64,000 bases of DNA. It comes from Camelus dromedarius. Taxonomy: Eukaryota. Numbering within the stretch: position 1 is the stretch's first letter; every line of letters begins with the position of its first letter. Where the stretch lies: assembly GCF_036321535.1 (NCBI RefSeq), contig NC_087436.1:122700001-122764000 (forward strand), given 5' to 3'. The notes beneath the pieces were generated by a model. It saw only the letters and a list, made by a program, of their open reading frames with translations. It searched no databases and was not told where the DNA came from. A program made the position numbers and the translations under genes. Positions 1-14,100 of this stretch are shown here, piece after piece.

Positions 1-36
1 GCAGTTCAAACCCATGTTGTTCAAGGGTCAACTGTA
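1..36 (+). mobile_element. Terminal inverted repeat of a Tigger2/MER8/MER28-type DNA transposon followed by TA
   Basis: GCAGTTCAAACCCATGTTGTTCAAGGGTCAACTG-TA matches the recalled Tigger2 terminus. Confidence 0.75.
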
Positions 37-39
37 CTT

Positions 40-1530
40 TCCAAACTGATCTCCAGAGTCAACATAATCCCATCAAAATCTCAGTTGCTTTTTTCTTTCT
101 TTCTTTCTTTTTTCTTTTTTTGCAGAAGTTGACAAGCTGATACTAAAATTTATTTGGGAACACAAAGGATGCAGGATGGCCGAAACAATCTTTAAAAAGA
201 ACAAGGATAGAGGACTCGTTTTAATGAAGACGTTGTCACACTGGCACAAGGACATACGGGTCTAGGGAAGAGAATTGAGAGTCCAGAAATAAATTCACAC
301 ATTTATTGTCAACTGATGATCAATAAAGGCACGAGGATAGTTCAGTGGGGGAAAGAATAACCTTTTCAACAAATGATGCTGAGAGACCTGGACGTCTACA
401 TGCAAAAGAATGAAGCTGGAAGATTTAAACCACATATAAAAATTAACTCAAAACGGACCAAAGACCTAAATTTAAGAGCTAAACCATGAAACTCTTACAA
501 GAAAACATAAGGGCACAGCTTCATGCCCTTGGGTTAGGCCATGGCTGCTTAGATATGATACCAAAAGCACAAGTGGCCAACAGGAGAAGTCGATATACTG
601 GACATCAACAAAAGTCACAGCTCTTGTGTTCAAGGAGAGCCAGAATAGGAGAAACACCTGCAACGCGCATAAGGGCCTAGCACCCAGCACATACAGAGCG
701 CGCCGACACCTCAGAACAACAATTCAGTTAAAAACGGGCAAAAGATCTGGATGTGTCTCCAAAGACGCACAAATGGCCACTAAGCCCGTGAAAAGATGTT
801 CATGTCATTCATCAGGAAAGCGCAAATCAAAGCCACGAGCTACCGTTTCACACCCACTAAGGCGGCTAAAGTTAGAAAGACTGACAATAACAAGTGTTGG
901 CAAGAACATGGAGAAACAGGAACCCTCACACCCTGCTGGTGGGACGATGTAGCGATGATGTAAGGTGTGTAAAGCTGTGCAGCTGCTTTGGAGAGCATCT
1001 CAGCAATTCATCAGAAAGTTACCAAATTACACTTCTAGGTATAAACCCAAAAGAAGCGAAAATACAAGCCAACACAAAAGCCTGTGCACGGGCGGTCACA
1101 GCGATGTCACCCATCACAGCCTCAAAGTGTAAATCGCCCGAACGTCCACAGGGCACGGACCACAAAGCGAGGTGTGTTCCCACGTGGAGCATCATCCCGG
1201 CATGAAAGGGGTGAAGCGCTGACATGTGCTGCAACACGGAAGAACCCTGGCCGCGTGGTGCACAGTGAGGAAGGCCAGATACAAAAGGCCACGTGTTGTT
1301 TGACTCAATTCATAGGAAATGTCCAGCAAAGGCAAATCCAGAAGCAGATGTAGACCAGACAGCACAAGGGCTGCAGAAGGGTGAATGGGGGTCCTTGCAG
1401 GGTAATAAAAAGTCCCAGAACTAGACAGTGGTGGTGGGCGCACGACACTGTGAATGTACTGAATGCCACGCTTTAATGGAGTAAACGCTGTGCTATGTGA
1501 GTTCAGTCTCCATAAAGCTGCTTTTAAAAA
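40..1530 (+). mobile_element. Old LINE-1 (L1M-type) fragment, 3' part of ORF2 and 3' UTR
   Basis: Typical L1 phrases (AAATTTATTTGGGAA..AAAGG, CTTTTCAACAAATGATGCTG, AAGTGTTGGCAAGAACATGGAGAAACAGGAACCCTC); degenerate. Confidence 0.85.
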
Positions 1531-2038
1531 AACAGAGTGAGGTAGTTCTCTGCATTCTGATGCGAAACCACCACCAGGACACCCGTGAGATGCCACAGGT
1601 GCCAACTGCGAATGATTCACCCCTTCACGTTAAGACACAAAAGCGGGTTTTCCTGGAGTTCCTCTGAGTGGCCACCGGTGGGGAAGGCTGGGAAGCTGGG
1701 GTGGGGGCTGCACAGTCATTCTAAATGCTGAGCGACTCTGATCCATGTCACCAAGCACACGGGCTGTGCAGGATGCCCTGGGGACACGGCTGCTCGAGCC
1801 CACCCTGGTTACCAGGCAGGCAAATCTGTAACAAGATGGCAGTGGCCACCCCGCAGGGGAGAGCCCACACCTCTGGGGCGTGTTAATCAGAATGTGTACC
1901 ACCTCCTTGCGTTAATACATGCTACAACAGCAGCCACGGTCACTGCCCAGACCTGGGCCTGCTTTCCCATCCTCGTGCATCAGCAGGGGAAGAAAAGGAG
2001 CCGATGACCAGAGGGGACCACAAACCCAGCCTGGCTCT

Positions 2039-2132
2039 CTAGTTCAGCGCGTAGTTAAACTGGTTTGCAAACTTCTCGTGCTTCCTCTGATCCATCTGGT
2101 TCATGGCTGTGACCACCCTCTGCACGGCCGCC
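2039..2132 (-). CDS. UVSSA: UVSSA last coding exon ([30 protein letters not shown])
   Basis: CTGCAG| acceptor; TAG at 2039-2041. Confidence 0.96.
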
Positions 2133-5100
2133 CTGCAGAGAAAGCAAAGCAAGATGCGACTGGGGAGGCCCCAGACTGGGGTCAGGACCCATGCTGGGGG
2201 CACTGCTGCACACAGACCACTCGCAGGCTCCCTGTGGATAGGCGACACAGCTCGGAAACCGGCAGAGCATCCCAGTCCAGAGCTGGAGACCACAGTGCGT
2301 GACTCTGCTGCAGAAAGTAGCCTTGGCCGTGCCCTGGCACCTCTCCCGCCACTCCAAGCCCTGAGGGTGGCTCCCAGGAACCCCAGTCTTGCCAGTGCCA
2401 TGCTGTACCCCCAAATGACGGCATAGCCCGTGCAGCAGGTGAGCACATGCAGCCAGGACAAGCCTGATTCACTCAGTCCTGCTGCGCCCAGAGCTGCACG
2501 TCTGGTGTCGGGGAAACACTGAGGGACATGCAACAGAAAGATGTGGAAGGCAGACCAAGTGCTTCTTGCCATCCAACCGCTGCCACTGCCTGGATGAGGC
2601 AGTGCTGGGGAAGCCAGGAGGCCCCTTGCCAGCCCTGTTCCCGGGGCACCCATGGCCCCCCGCAGGGAGAGCTCCAGGCCACCCAGCTGCCTGCAAGGAG
2701 CCCCTCGGAGGGCCCCATCAGCACCTGTGGCTGAGCCACAGGAAACCAGCCTCATGCCCAGAGCCCGGGAGCCAGGCCCTCCTCCGGACACCGACGTGCA
2801 CAGCAGGCCAGCAGTGAGGAGCAGTGCCCACAGCTGCCGGGGCACTGAGGAAGCCGCCCTCCTGTCCTACCCGACTCAGGCTGGGTCCCTGGTGGCACCT
2901 CCTCTGCCTGGTGCGCTGAGCACCTTCTGGGCGTCGGCCCGAGAGGACAGCCTCCTGGACAGCACCTGCCTGGGCAGACCTCGGAAGGAGCATCAGCCAC
3001 AAGTGTGTTTCTAATCAGAAGCCCCCATGCCTTCCTTCATCCCCTGACAGCAAGGATGCTGGGCTAGAGCCTCCCCACTCTGGCCCTGCCAAGTCACCAC
3101 CAGCCAGGCAGGTCCTGCTGGGCCAGAGAGCTGCCTGGACCCCAGGGTTGGTGCTTGGAGCAGCACGAGGCGCCTGCTCCCTGGAGCTGAGACTTGCGCA
3201 GTAACCACCATCCCGCCACCCTTGGAGGTACCTGCCCTCCCCGAAGTCACCAGATGGACACGCCTGGGCCCTGACCACCCCTTCGAGGTCAGCTGAGCAA
3301 GGGGGAGCCTCAGGGCTGGCTCAGCCCCTCACTGGGAACCTCGGGTTCACTGGTTGGCTGGCAAAGGCCCCTCCTCGGGAAGAGGCTCGCTCATTACCCT
3401 CAGGGTGACCAGCTCCAGCCTCCACTCTCACCCGCCTGCCCTCTGCCGCCCAGGGGCCTGCTGGTCATGGCAGCCAGGGCCCTGGCTGCAGGTACATCTT
3501 GGGAGTGCGGTCAGCCCCCCTCCCGCACACCCAGGCCCGGAGCTGCGGCAGGACCCCAGAGAGGCTCTTACTTGGCGAAGACCTTCTTGGCAATGCGAGC
3601 CCGCGCTGTGTCGGCCTGCCGCCTGAGGTCGGTGAGGCCAGGGTGCTTCCTCCTCCTCCCCTGGCCTCTCCCCCTGGACCTGGACGAGCCAAGATCCACC
3701 CCAGTGGCTGCCTCCACGTCCCTCATGAACTCGGGGTCCTGCCAGTCTGCAAACAGACCCCAAGATTTCAGAAGACACCCAGCACCAACCTCACCTGAGC
3801 CCTGACCCCTCCTTGAAACGGGGGCTGGGAGGGCCACTGGCCACCCCACAGACCCACCCCTTAGGCAGGAAGGCCACTGAGGCTGGCGGCCAGGGGCAGA
3901 GCCACACATAGGCTGCTTCCCAGCCTCCAGGCTGGGCCGTGGCCCCCAGACCCGTCTGCTGGCCGGTGGGTGTGTGCAGCAGGGTCAGCCAGACTGAGGG
4001 GCCAGGGACTCTTCATCGATCCGAAGACAACTTGGTCGCAGGCGCCAGCAGACAGCCCACCCCTCGTGCAGGGACCACTGCCTCAGCCCAGGCCCTTCAG
4101 GGCAGCGGGAGACAGCTCCGAGGGGAAGCAAACATCACCCAGCCCCGGAGTCTAGCCTCGCCAGCCCTAGGCTATACCAGAGCTAGGTCGGTGTGTCCAT
4201 CTGCCAGGACTAACAGCGTTAACTGTCAAAATGGGGGGGCTCCCAGCCCGGGGTTCCAACAGCAGCCCCACCGCTGCCCTGGCAGCTACTCCCCTCTCAG
4301 CCTCTGCTTCTGCTCCTGGGGAGGGGTGGGGGGGGGGCATCTGAAGGCCACACAGGGATCCCTGAGATTCAGTGTCTGTCCAGCCAGCTGGCTCAGGACA
4401 GGCACCCAGGTCAGCTACATGACAGCACAGCACCCCCCAGGCACCCAGACCCCAGCCCTGGCTTCCTGCCCCCGATGACACCACCATGCAAACAAGAGGC
4501 CCATGGGCCGGGGCCCGGGCCGCGGGCCGGCCACGTCCAGGAAGGGGAGAAGCCACGCGCCCAGACAGACAGATGGCGAGGCCTCCCAAGTTGATTTCCG
4601 AAGTGAAGGAATATGGGGCTGCACAACCCAGATACAGGAACCATTAATCCAAGATTAAGGAAAACTGTCCAAACAGTTTATCTCCCAGTAATGAGAAGGC
4701 GTCACAGTTTAGGAACCTGGTGAATAGAGCAATTGTTTAAACACAACAGGAAAACGCCGGCACCCAGGAGAGGTGGAATGAGCACCTCAGTAAAATGAAG
4801 GAGCAATTTAACAGCCTTTGAAGAAAATCAATAGAAGCCGGGCGTGTGGCCGTCCTGCGTGCTGACGGGCCCGGAGCTCTGTGCGCACTGTCACCGAGGG
4901 TCGCGCCAGGGAGAAGAAAATTGCCCGGCCTGCGAGGGAGGCGGGGATCAATACTGTAGTTAGCAAAGAGATGCTATTTCACATCTGACTGGCCAGCGCC
5001 GGCCCGCGGCCCCAGCCCGATACCTGTTGTTAACAAGTCACCGAGGGCTGCAGAACCAGATACTCTTCAGGGCTGACACAAAAAATAGGCACTTAATTTG

Positions 5101-8100
5101 CTCCTGAGTGTGAGCCACCAGGGAAGGCCTCGCCCCGCGGATTAGCGGGTCAAGGCCCCTCCCTGCCGCCCTCCAGGCCCCGGGGGCCCAGGCGCCGACC
5201 TTGGGTGTGAGGCTGAAACCGAATCCTTGTCTCTTGCAACAAAGGAAAGAAGCCCACTAATGACAGGTGCCCAGCGGTGACCCCCTGAGACCCCCACTCT
5301 GCCCCCCGGGGCTCTGGGCCTGCCAGCTGGGCCTTTCCCAGAAGGGGCCCTGGGCCTGCAGGGCCTCCAGACCCCAGCCCACTTCTGACAAACCACAGAC
5401 ACATCAATTCGGGCCCTCCACCTCACCCTGAGTGTGTCGGCAGTGACGACCACTTCTGCGTGTCACCACCTGGCCGAGCTGTCCAGGGGCCCTCTGGGGG
5501 CCAGGCAGCCGCCGGCCCGCGGCACGTGCCAGGACGAGCCACCTGGGGCTCAACTTTTAACTTTTCTTGTTCCAGTTTTTCATCTGCTTAAAAACAGAAT
5601 TAAGAACCCAGACTCCAGACAAACAAATGGTAACAAGGTAGTTTCTGGTTGTGGGTGTGTCCACATCAGGAGCCCTGTGAAAGCCTGGTGGGGCAGGGGC
5701 CTGAAGGTGGAGTGTTCCGGCCACACTCGTGAGTTACAACCAGCAGGCGGCTGCAGGTGACCATGTGCAGGCACAGGGCTGCCCTGGGAACTGACGGGTC
5801 CGGGTGTGTCCCTATATGGTGCCACCCCCATCTTGTCCCCCCAGACCTACCCGGGCGCCCCGCTGGCCTCTGCAGCTGCTGCCTCTGCTCCTGGGCCCTG
5901 TCCTCTGGGTGGAGGGGCCGTCCTGCTTCGTCTCTTGGGATGATCTTCCCATGGAAAGGGCACTGCGGCGAAGGATAGAGGGATTCTGATGCCAGAGGGG
6001 CCGCCAGCCTTCCCCAACAGGCTCGCCCTCCAGCCACACACCCCTCAAAGGAGGGGCCTTGGGCATGGCCGTGAAGGAGCCAGGCAGTGGAGGAGGGTCT
6101 GGGGCCTGAGTTAGTCTGGCCAAAGCCCCGCCCAGTGCACAAGGCCACCTCTGCAGACGCTGGGGCAAGGCACAGAACGGGCTCAGGAGGATGTGTGCGC
6201 GTGGAGGTGGGGGCCAGGAACAGAGGAGGAGCGTCTCAAGTCCCGTGTCCACGTGTCAGGCCACCGGCCCGCGCAGGAAGCCCAGGCACAGCCACAGACG
6301 AGCCCATCCTGTGGAGGGGGGGCTGGCCAAGATGCCCCCGCCCCCCGGCTCACCTTCAGGCGGTCCTGGCGCTGGCAGAGCCGGCCATCGGGCCGGGGAG
6401 CGCGGCATTGGTGCTGCACAGGCTCAAACTGCCCCGCGAAGGGGATGCGGCGGCTCCACAGCGACTCAGACACAGCAGCGCCGTCCTCTCCCACGTCCGC
6501 CTCGAGGGGCTTCCAGAAGCGGTGCTCAGAGTCCGACCTGCGTGCAGACCCGAGACTCGGCACCACTGCAGAGTTGCCACCGGACGGTGCCAGCAGCAAA
6601 GCCAGGCTGGCAGCTGAGGGTGGACCTCTTGGGAGCAGAACCCAAAGATACTCGGGCCTGTGAGTTCACCCAGGACAAGCAGATACCCAGCAAGGCAGGG
6701 GCGCCGTCAGGCACCCCTGCCCCCCGCCACACGCTGCCCCAGCCTGGCCTGGGCCTGTGGCCTGTGCCCCTCTCCTCTACGACCCTGGAGAGAGGCGGGC
6801 TTCCCAGAAACTTCTTGCAGAGCCTAAGCCAAGCCTGGCCCAGGCAGAGGTCCGAGTCAGAGGACCACGGGGCTGTCGTGGCAAGGGCCTGGGTGGAGAG
6901 GCTGGAAGGAGCGGGACGGGTCGGGAGGGACCCCAGACCCTGGAGGACAGCCCTCCAGGCCACCATGAAGCCCGACGATCAGGGAGGACAACACAGGATG
7001 TCCCACTGAGGAGCGACAGGGAAGCTGAGAAAAGGACACAGGACATGTGAGGGGCCGCCTCCTCAGGCCACTCGTGGTGCCCTGGGGGCCCACAGCAAAG
7101 CTGGGCCGAACCCAGGCTGAGTCCCCGGGCCGGGGCAGGAGCAGCACAGGGCCCACAGGACCACGGACGCCGCACTCACTGGAGCATCTCCCTGGCCGGC
7201 AGCTGCTCCCGGCCCCAGTAGCACAGGTCCACCCCGAAGGGCACGACGGGCGCCCGGGCCCGCTCTGCAGCCTGCGCCTTAGCCTCCTCTGGCCCCCGTG
7301 GTGCCCTGGAGAGCACAACACGAAAGAGCAGGATTCGGTGACGCGGCGCCTGGAGCCGGCCAGAGCCACCCACCCTTCCCCTCCACAGCCCGCTGCAGCC
7401 CCAGTCAGCACACTGGAGCAGTGACCTCCACTACCTCCGGCCCGGGCCCCGGGGCAGCTGCCTAGCCCCTTTCAGAAGCCTGGCCGTCCTGGGACTCCAT
7501 GGGGAGCTGGCTTTGGATCCAGTCGTCATGCTGGGCCTGGGGGTGCCCTGTGGTCGGCCCCTCAAACCCCAGGGCCTTGGGCCCTTGTGCTGCTTGCACA
7601 CCAGCTCTGAGGACCCCCTCCCCCAGCACAGCAGTGCTTGCGGGCCACGTGTGCAGGCAGGGCAGCCTCTGAGGCCAAAGGTGGGCCTGGCCTGGGCAGA
7701 GGCTGGCGTGCGGGAGTCACCTGGGGCTTGGGGGCAAGGGCACAGGCAAGTGTTGCCGGAGGTGATGCAGCTGCGCGGCCACAGAGGTGGGGTCAGACGC
7801 CGCCTCCTCCTCGGTCCTTGTCCTCCTCGCCTGCAGGCCTGGCGCAGATGGCTTTTTCTCCAACCCTGGGACGGAGACATGTCTGTTCTTGGCCACTGTC
7901 CCATGACCCCGGACAGACTTGCAAGGGCACCATGTCCCCATCCCACATGTAAGCGTGCCGAGGCCCCCAACAGTACCCGCTCCGCTGCCCGCCAGATATG
8001 GCCCCGACGCAGGCATCTCACCAAGGCCACCAGGCCACTCACCTGCAGGCTGCGTCCACACCCAGGTCCTCAGGGCAGGCAACTACTGGATCCCACCCAC

Positions 8101-11100
8101 GCCGCTCCCCAGCCCGCTGGCCTGTCTGGGCTCCCCGGACCCTTGCACGCCCCTCCCAGCTGGGCACAGGGACTGGGGCTCCCAGGCTGCCCAGAAGGCC
8201 CCAGAGGCACCCCCACACTGAGGGCGTCATCTCCCTTCCCCAACAGCCGGCGGGAGCCCCTGGCCGGGACAGAGCACTTGTCCCTCTGCGGAGTGGAGCG
8301 CCTGCACTGCCAGGAGAAAAACAGGTGAATAAAGGAACAAAGTATCTGGAGGACAGGAAGGACCAGAAGCCAGAGCTAGAGACCTGACAGGGACCCTGGG
8401 AGAGGAAGCCGCAGGACGGAAGCCCACAGGCAAGCAGGGCCTCAATGAATTCCAGGTGGCCGGAAGGGCGGGGAGGGTGGCTGCGGGACGTGCGCCGGTG
8501 TTCGGAGGGGACAAGCTCCCAGGAGCTCACGGTTTGGGGGCGTCAAGGGCAGATGCGCCAGTATCAACGTCCCCATCGCTGGATCCCAGACAGAGAGGAA
8601 GAGAACTGGTGTGCAGGAAGCAGTGGGAGAAGCAAAGAGCCCAGCCCTCCAGGACTTTGAGGAGGCCCGAGGGGCTCAGTGAGTGTCAGGGAGGAGATGG
8701 GAGGACAAACACGTTAGTGCCGTAGAAGGAAACACAAGAGCATCAGATGTGAAGAGAGAGGCCTGCAGAGCTTCCGAGGAGAAAGCCAATGCCCCAAAGC
8801 CACAAGCGCTCGCGGGGACCCTCGCCTCCAACACAACAGTGAGGGAAAGGCCTCGGAAGGCACCTCACACTGGCGAAATGCCACCCAGATTCAGAATTTC
8901 ATACCCAGCTACACGAGGTTTCAATGTGCAGGTGCAGGAGGTGACTCCACCCAACTCCACATGATGACCCGCCTGGAGGGCGTGCAGGACTCGCTCCCTC
9001 TAGCCCAAGCCTCCACAACAATCAGAATTCAACTGGTTTCCGGACGACCCTGGAGGCCGGGGCAACGGAAGCAACCATGTCCCTGACCTTGCACAGGCCC
9101 GGCGTGGACACAGCATGCGGCGAGGGTGTGCAGTGAGCGTGACGGTGACCCCCAGACTGGGCGAGACCACCTGAAGCACAGCATTTCGTCGCTCCGTTTA
9201 CACCACGTGAACACTTCTAAGACCAGCAGAAGAGAGGTTTATCCAGCCCACAAGAAGTGGGGAAAAGGAAACAGCAGCAATGGCAAACGGAAAAGGAAGT
9301 CTGGAGAACAGAAGCATGGGGGCCACCGAGCACAGCCGGGACCCCAGCGGCCACTACTCAGGTGGGTTAAAGTCACTCAGACCAATTCGCCTAAGAACAC
9401 CCAGCCCCCAGTCCACCCGAGAACCCCTCAAAGCAACCGGTCAACAGAAGGCTGAAAATAAAAGGACGAGAAAAGACTTGCTGTGCAAACGGGAACCAGG
9501 AGAAAACTGAGCTGACAGACACCAGGAGAGAAACCAGGCCTTGTTAACGAGGGAACACAAGGAGTGACCACGTGTGCAGACGTGAGCGGCTCCAAGGACC
9601 CTGGCCGGCGGCCGGGACCCAGGGGTCAGTGGAGTCGTGGCTTCTCCTACCGACATCGTGGGACTTCACGCCCGAGCAGTGCTTCCCAGCACACACGAGA
9701 AGCGGCCACGACAACCAGGGGGCAGCCCCTGGGGCCACCAGAGGAGCAGACGCGGCAGCGCAGACCTGTCTGCGCCCCCATGCTCCCTGTGCACCGGCTT
9801 TCCTCACCACGCCTCCATCCACCTGCACAGAATTCAGGATGTCCTCCACTTCCAGAGACAAATCAGAAAGGACATGTCGTAGCACTGAGCACTGGACACC
9901 AAGGGAAGTGCTCCCTGGGCAAGGAGAAGGCCCTGCTCAGGCCACTGTCACAGCGCCTGGCTCTTTGCAGCAGGGTCTGCACGCAGCCTCTCGGCACAGG
10001 GCAGGCGCCTGTGAGTGTGCCATCTGGTGCTTCTGCAGACGACAGAAGAGCTGTGACAGAGGCCTGGCGCGGCCCACAAATCCGAAATGTTCACCCAGCC
10101 CCACCCCCCACCCCAGAGAACGCTTGCCAGCACCTGCTCCAGACACCTTTCCAGGTCTAACAGGACCCTGTGAGTGGGGGGCTCCCTGCTTCTCAAGTGC
10201 CCGTGGCTGAGGGTGGGGGAGGACCACCTGGCAGTGCCCTGGCTATGAGCCCCGGAGACATGGGCACACTTGGAAGGTAGGCGGGACCAGCCAAGTCACC
10301 AACACATCCCAGGTGGTCACAAAACTTCCAAATGCCCCCACCGCCGTCACCCACCGGGGCAGACCCTGACACGGTCATGCACGGGTGCACACACGGCAGC
10401 GCGGCCGGTAAGTGGCCGCCGTGGCACTTAGGTGGATACAATCACAGCCACGAGATCAATATGAGAATTCCTCAGAGTTACAAGAATGAAATATATTTTT
10501 CATTGATTTGTTGTTTTAAACCATTAAAAAGATGGGTAAGCGTGTTGAAGCAGGGTAAGTACTCGGCACTGAAAAAACACTACCAGTTTCATGTTGTCCC
10601 AGAAAAATCAATCTCGATGACATACTTTCAAAGTAAGAACCCAAAAAGCAGGCATGCCCCAGGCCGCGGGCTGCGATTTTGGAGAGAACAGTGACTCCTG
10701 GGAAAACTGGGGGCTGCACAGCTCCCACTGCCCAAGGGCATCGGACTGAAGCACCAGATCTCGGCTCAAATTTACTCCCAAGGTGGCTTTTAGAAAGAGC
10801 CATAAAAATGTCCAAATCCCCCTTTTTGTGTAAATTGACCAAGTGGCCGCTATTGGCCTGAAGCACTGAAGCAGAGTGGGGCGGGGGTGGGGGCGGGATC
10901 GATGGCAGGAAATGGAGAGGCCAGGGCTTCCCACGAAGTTCGGCAGCGGCAGCAAGCTCGACTGTATTGATCTCGCCAGTTCAGCTGGCCTTGTAATTAA
11001 AATGTAAATTTGAGAAAGAGATTACGTCCTGACAGAAATGGCAGGATTAAGGGGAAGATAAAAGCCCCTCTGTGAAAATTCTGAGAAAGAAAAGGAGCGC

Positions 11101-14100
11101 CATGTGGATCTAGACCGAATCCACTGCAGACTCACCGCGTTTAACTGAAAAAACAGCGACAGAGCATAAACCAGCATTATGAACTGGCTCACCCAGCACC
11201 GGCCGTGGGCCCGTGGGGACTTCAGCGAGGCCGCGTCCCTGCCCAGCTCCAGCGCCCACCTGCTGGCACCGGTACCCTCACGAGGAAGAAGCAGCGGTGG
11301 GGTGCAGGCAATGGCGAAGGCCCACAGCACCAAGGGGGCCTCCGAGCCACCTGGGTGGCGGGGCCCTTCGGACGAGGGCTCACAGACTGTCCGGACCAGG
11401 AAGAACCAGGATGGTTTACCTCTGTTCTCGTGCCTGGGGCCTCGACTAGGAGGACAAGTGCCTGCTGGGGCTGGGTGCCCTCAGAGCCGGGCCCTCCGGG
11501 AGGCCTGACCCAGGGTGGGACAGTGGGCAGGGCCCCAGGGAACGGGCAGGACTCTGGGTGTGGGAGGGCAGTCACTGCACCTCTGTGTGCCTTGTGGGTG
11601 TGGGACAGCATGAGCTGCGGGTGGCAGATGGCCGGGCACCTGGAAGGACACGGAAGCACAGAGGGCACGGGAGTGGCCCAGTGGGCAGGGGGTGGGGGAC
11701 AGCGCTGCCCTGGGGTGCCCAGAGACGAGCCAGCAGGCACAGGCAGAGAGTAAACAGGCCCGAACACCGGAGGGTCGGGAAGTCCGTCTGTTAATCTGGC
11801 ATGACACCGCGATGGGTCATGTCTGCACCCTGGGCTCCAGGCATCCAAGCTCGTCGACGATGCCACACCTCACCCCACACTCAGACTCTGGTCGCCTCGG
11901 CCACTTCGCCACAAACCCCACAAGCCCTTGTTTGTTTGCTTCCTTGGATGAGAGATGCCTCCTGTACAGACCTGGCTTTTGGAGGTTTTCTGGGAAAGAA
12001 GAAAATTCTACACAGGAAAGATTGGTCAGTCGCAGGTGGGCGAGCACTCCCCGAACTGCATCTGTGCTCCACGTCCTGGAGAAAACAGACTCTCGGCTGG
12101 ACGCTGAGCCCGTGACTCCACAGGCGGCAAGGAGGATGTGGCCTTACTTGTGGCACTTACAGAAATGGTGACTGCACAGCAGGGGGGCCCCGAGGGCATG
12201 AGGTGGCTGCCCCCACCCACTGAGCAGCAGTGGCCCCGGCCATCGACTCCCTCGCAGCCCAAAGGGCCCCATGGCTGCAGGAATCGCACCATCCGCCCCA
12301 ACGCCCTCCCTTGAGTGCAGGAGCCCCAGGCCTGCTCTCTGCTCGGAGGGTGCCCCTCCTGCCCTGGACCCGCTCCTGAGATTTCTGTGACCCCAAGCAG
12401 GGCGGTCCTGCGCCAAGGTGGGGCCTGAGGCTGCTGGGTGAGGAGTCAGCACAGGCCTGTGTGCTGAGTCAGGGGCCTCGGTCTGGACAGCCCGCTACCC
12501 CTGCAGGAGCTGGCGGCAGGGCCTGCCCACCCAGGGCCAGTGAGCAGCCTGCTCACAAGGGAGGATCACAGGACTGTCCATAAAAGCAGCTCTGCAGGGT
12601 TGCCAGGCGGGACCACGGGGAACCTCAGGACCATGAGGCACAGCCTGGAGTGCCCAGTACGACCCGGAGCCTGCTTCCCACTCGGCGGGCCCTGGACCGG
12701 AGGTGAGCTCACGCCCCCCAGGCCCCTCTGGCCGCTCACCGTACTCAGGCCGCAGGTGCTCAGGGATGCAAGGCTCATACCCCTCCTTCTCCGGGACCTC
12801 CACGAAGTCCTCATCCTCGTCCTGGTCCTCGTCCCCGGGGGCCGCCTTCTGTGGAAATCCCCAGATCTGTGTGAAGGAACCACAGGCAGAACCCCAGGAC
12901 CCCTAGTCCTGCCCCTGTGTATTTCCTCCAGGCTGGGGTTTAGCATCGACCACGAGGGATGCGCCTATGGTCATCTCCCGCCTGCTCCCTGCCTAAATCC
13001 TCCGCCAGCTGTCCCCTTGAAATGCACGGAGGGGACAGCCTCAGCCCCCTAGAGCCCGGGGTAATGGCAGGGCCTGAGTTGCTGGCCCTCCTTCTAGCTC
13101 CAGCCAGGCCAAGGCACTGCGTCCTGTCCACCTGGGCCTCTGCTGGTGCCGGTGTGACCACAGCACTTCTGGAATATTCTGTCCCTAAAATGACTTGTTA
13201 AAAAGCCACCAAGCAAAAGCTTTCTCCAGACAAGGCTGCCCTCCCCGCCCACTTGGCAAGACATGGGCACCTGTGCCACCCCTGGGGGGCCCAGAGGCCT
13301 GAGAGAGCCCCTGCCCCCAGCCCAGGGCCCTGGAACTTCTCCGCCCTCTGCCCCCATCTGCTTGCTGGGGTTGCAGCAGGGACCCTGAGCATGAAGGGCT
13401 TACCTTATGGGGGCAGAGGGCCCCCAAAGGGCAGGGCAACCGATGGCCACACACACTCATCAGGCACCAGGGCCGTGTAGAACGGGAATCACGTGTCAGC
13501 AGCCCTCCCTGCTCAGACCCTGACGCATGGCACCCCTCTGGGCCAGCTCAGCCTCCTGCTCCCCAGCCCTCTCGCCCCACATTCTCAGCAACCCCCACAG
13601 GGACCTGTCTTTCCAGAGCAGGAAGGCACTGGGAGCCCTGCCCTATGGCCAACCCCACCTGAAACACTTGGGGCCCCTTTCTGCCTCTGGCCCACTCAGA
13701 CCAGTAGGGGCTTCTGCCCCAAGAACCCACCCCAAAGAAATACCCAGAGAGGTGACCCCTGCCGAGTCCATACCAACTGCGGCTGTAACCCTCTGATGCA
13801 CACATCCCCTCCTACAGTCCACCTCACGCTGTGGCTCGGAGGCCCGAGGTGGCCGCCTGGGCCCGCTGACCCCCAGGGAGGAGGCCAGCAGGCACCGCCC
13901 CCGCCGACCGTCACTGCAGGGCCAGGGGCGGCCACCAGCCCAGGCCTGGCTAGCACGCCGCCTGCCAACCCGGGACCCAGGGACCCAGGAAGCCACGGAG
14001 GAGCTGCCCTAATCAGATGCAAATGCACTGTGCTCGCACGGCTCGTGGTGCGTCTGGGAAGAACGGAGACATTAATCACTGGAAACTGTAATTTTTGTTA

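Noticed and set aside
2133..2845. In-frame upstream extension of the last UVSSA exon with a signal-peptide-like start
   Set aside because: Starts at GTG. Only the final 30 codons are UVSSA-like and a good acceptor lies at 2133-2134; the rest is intron.
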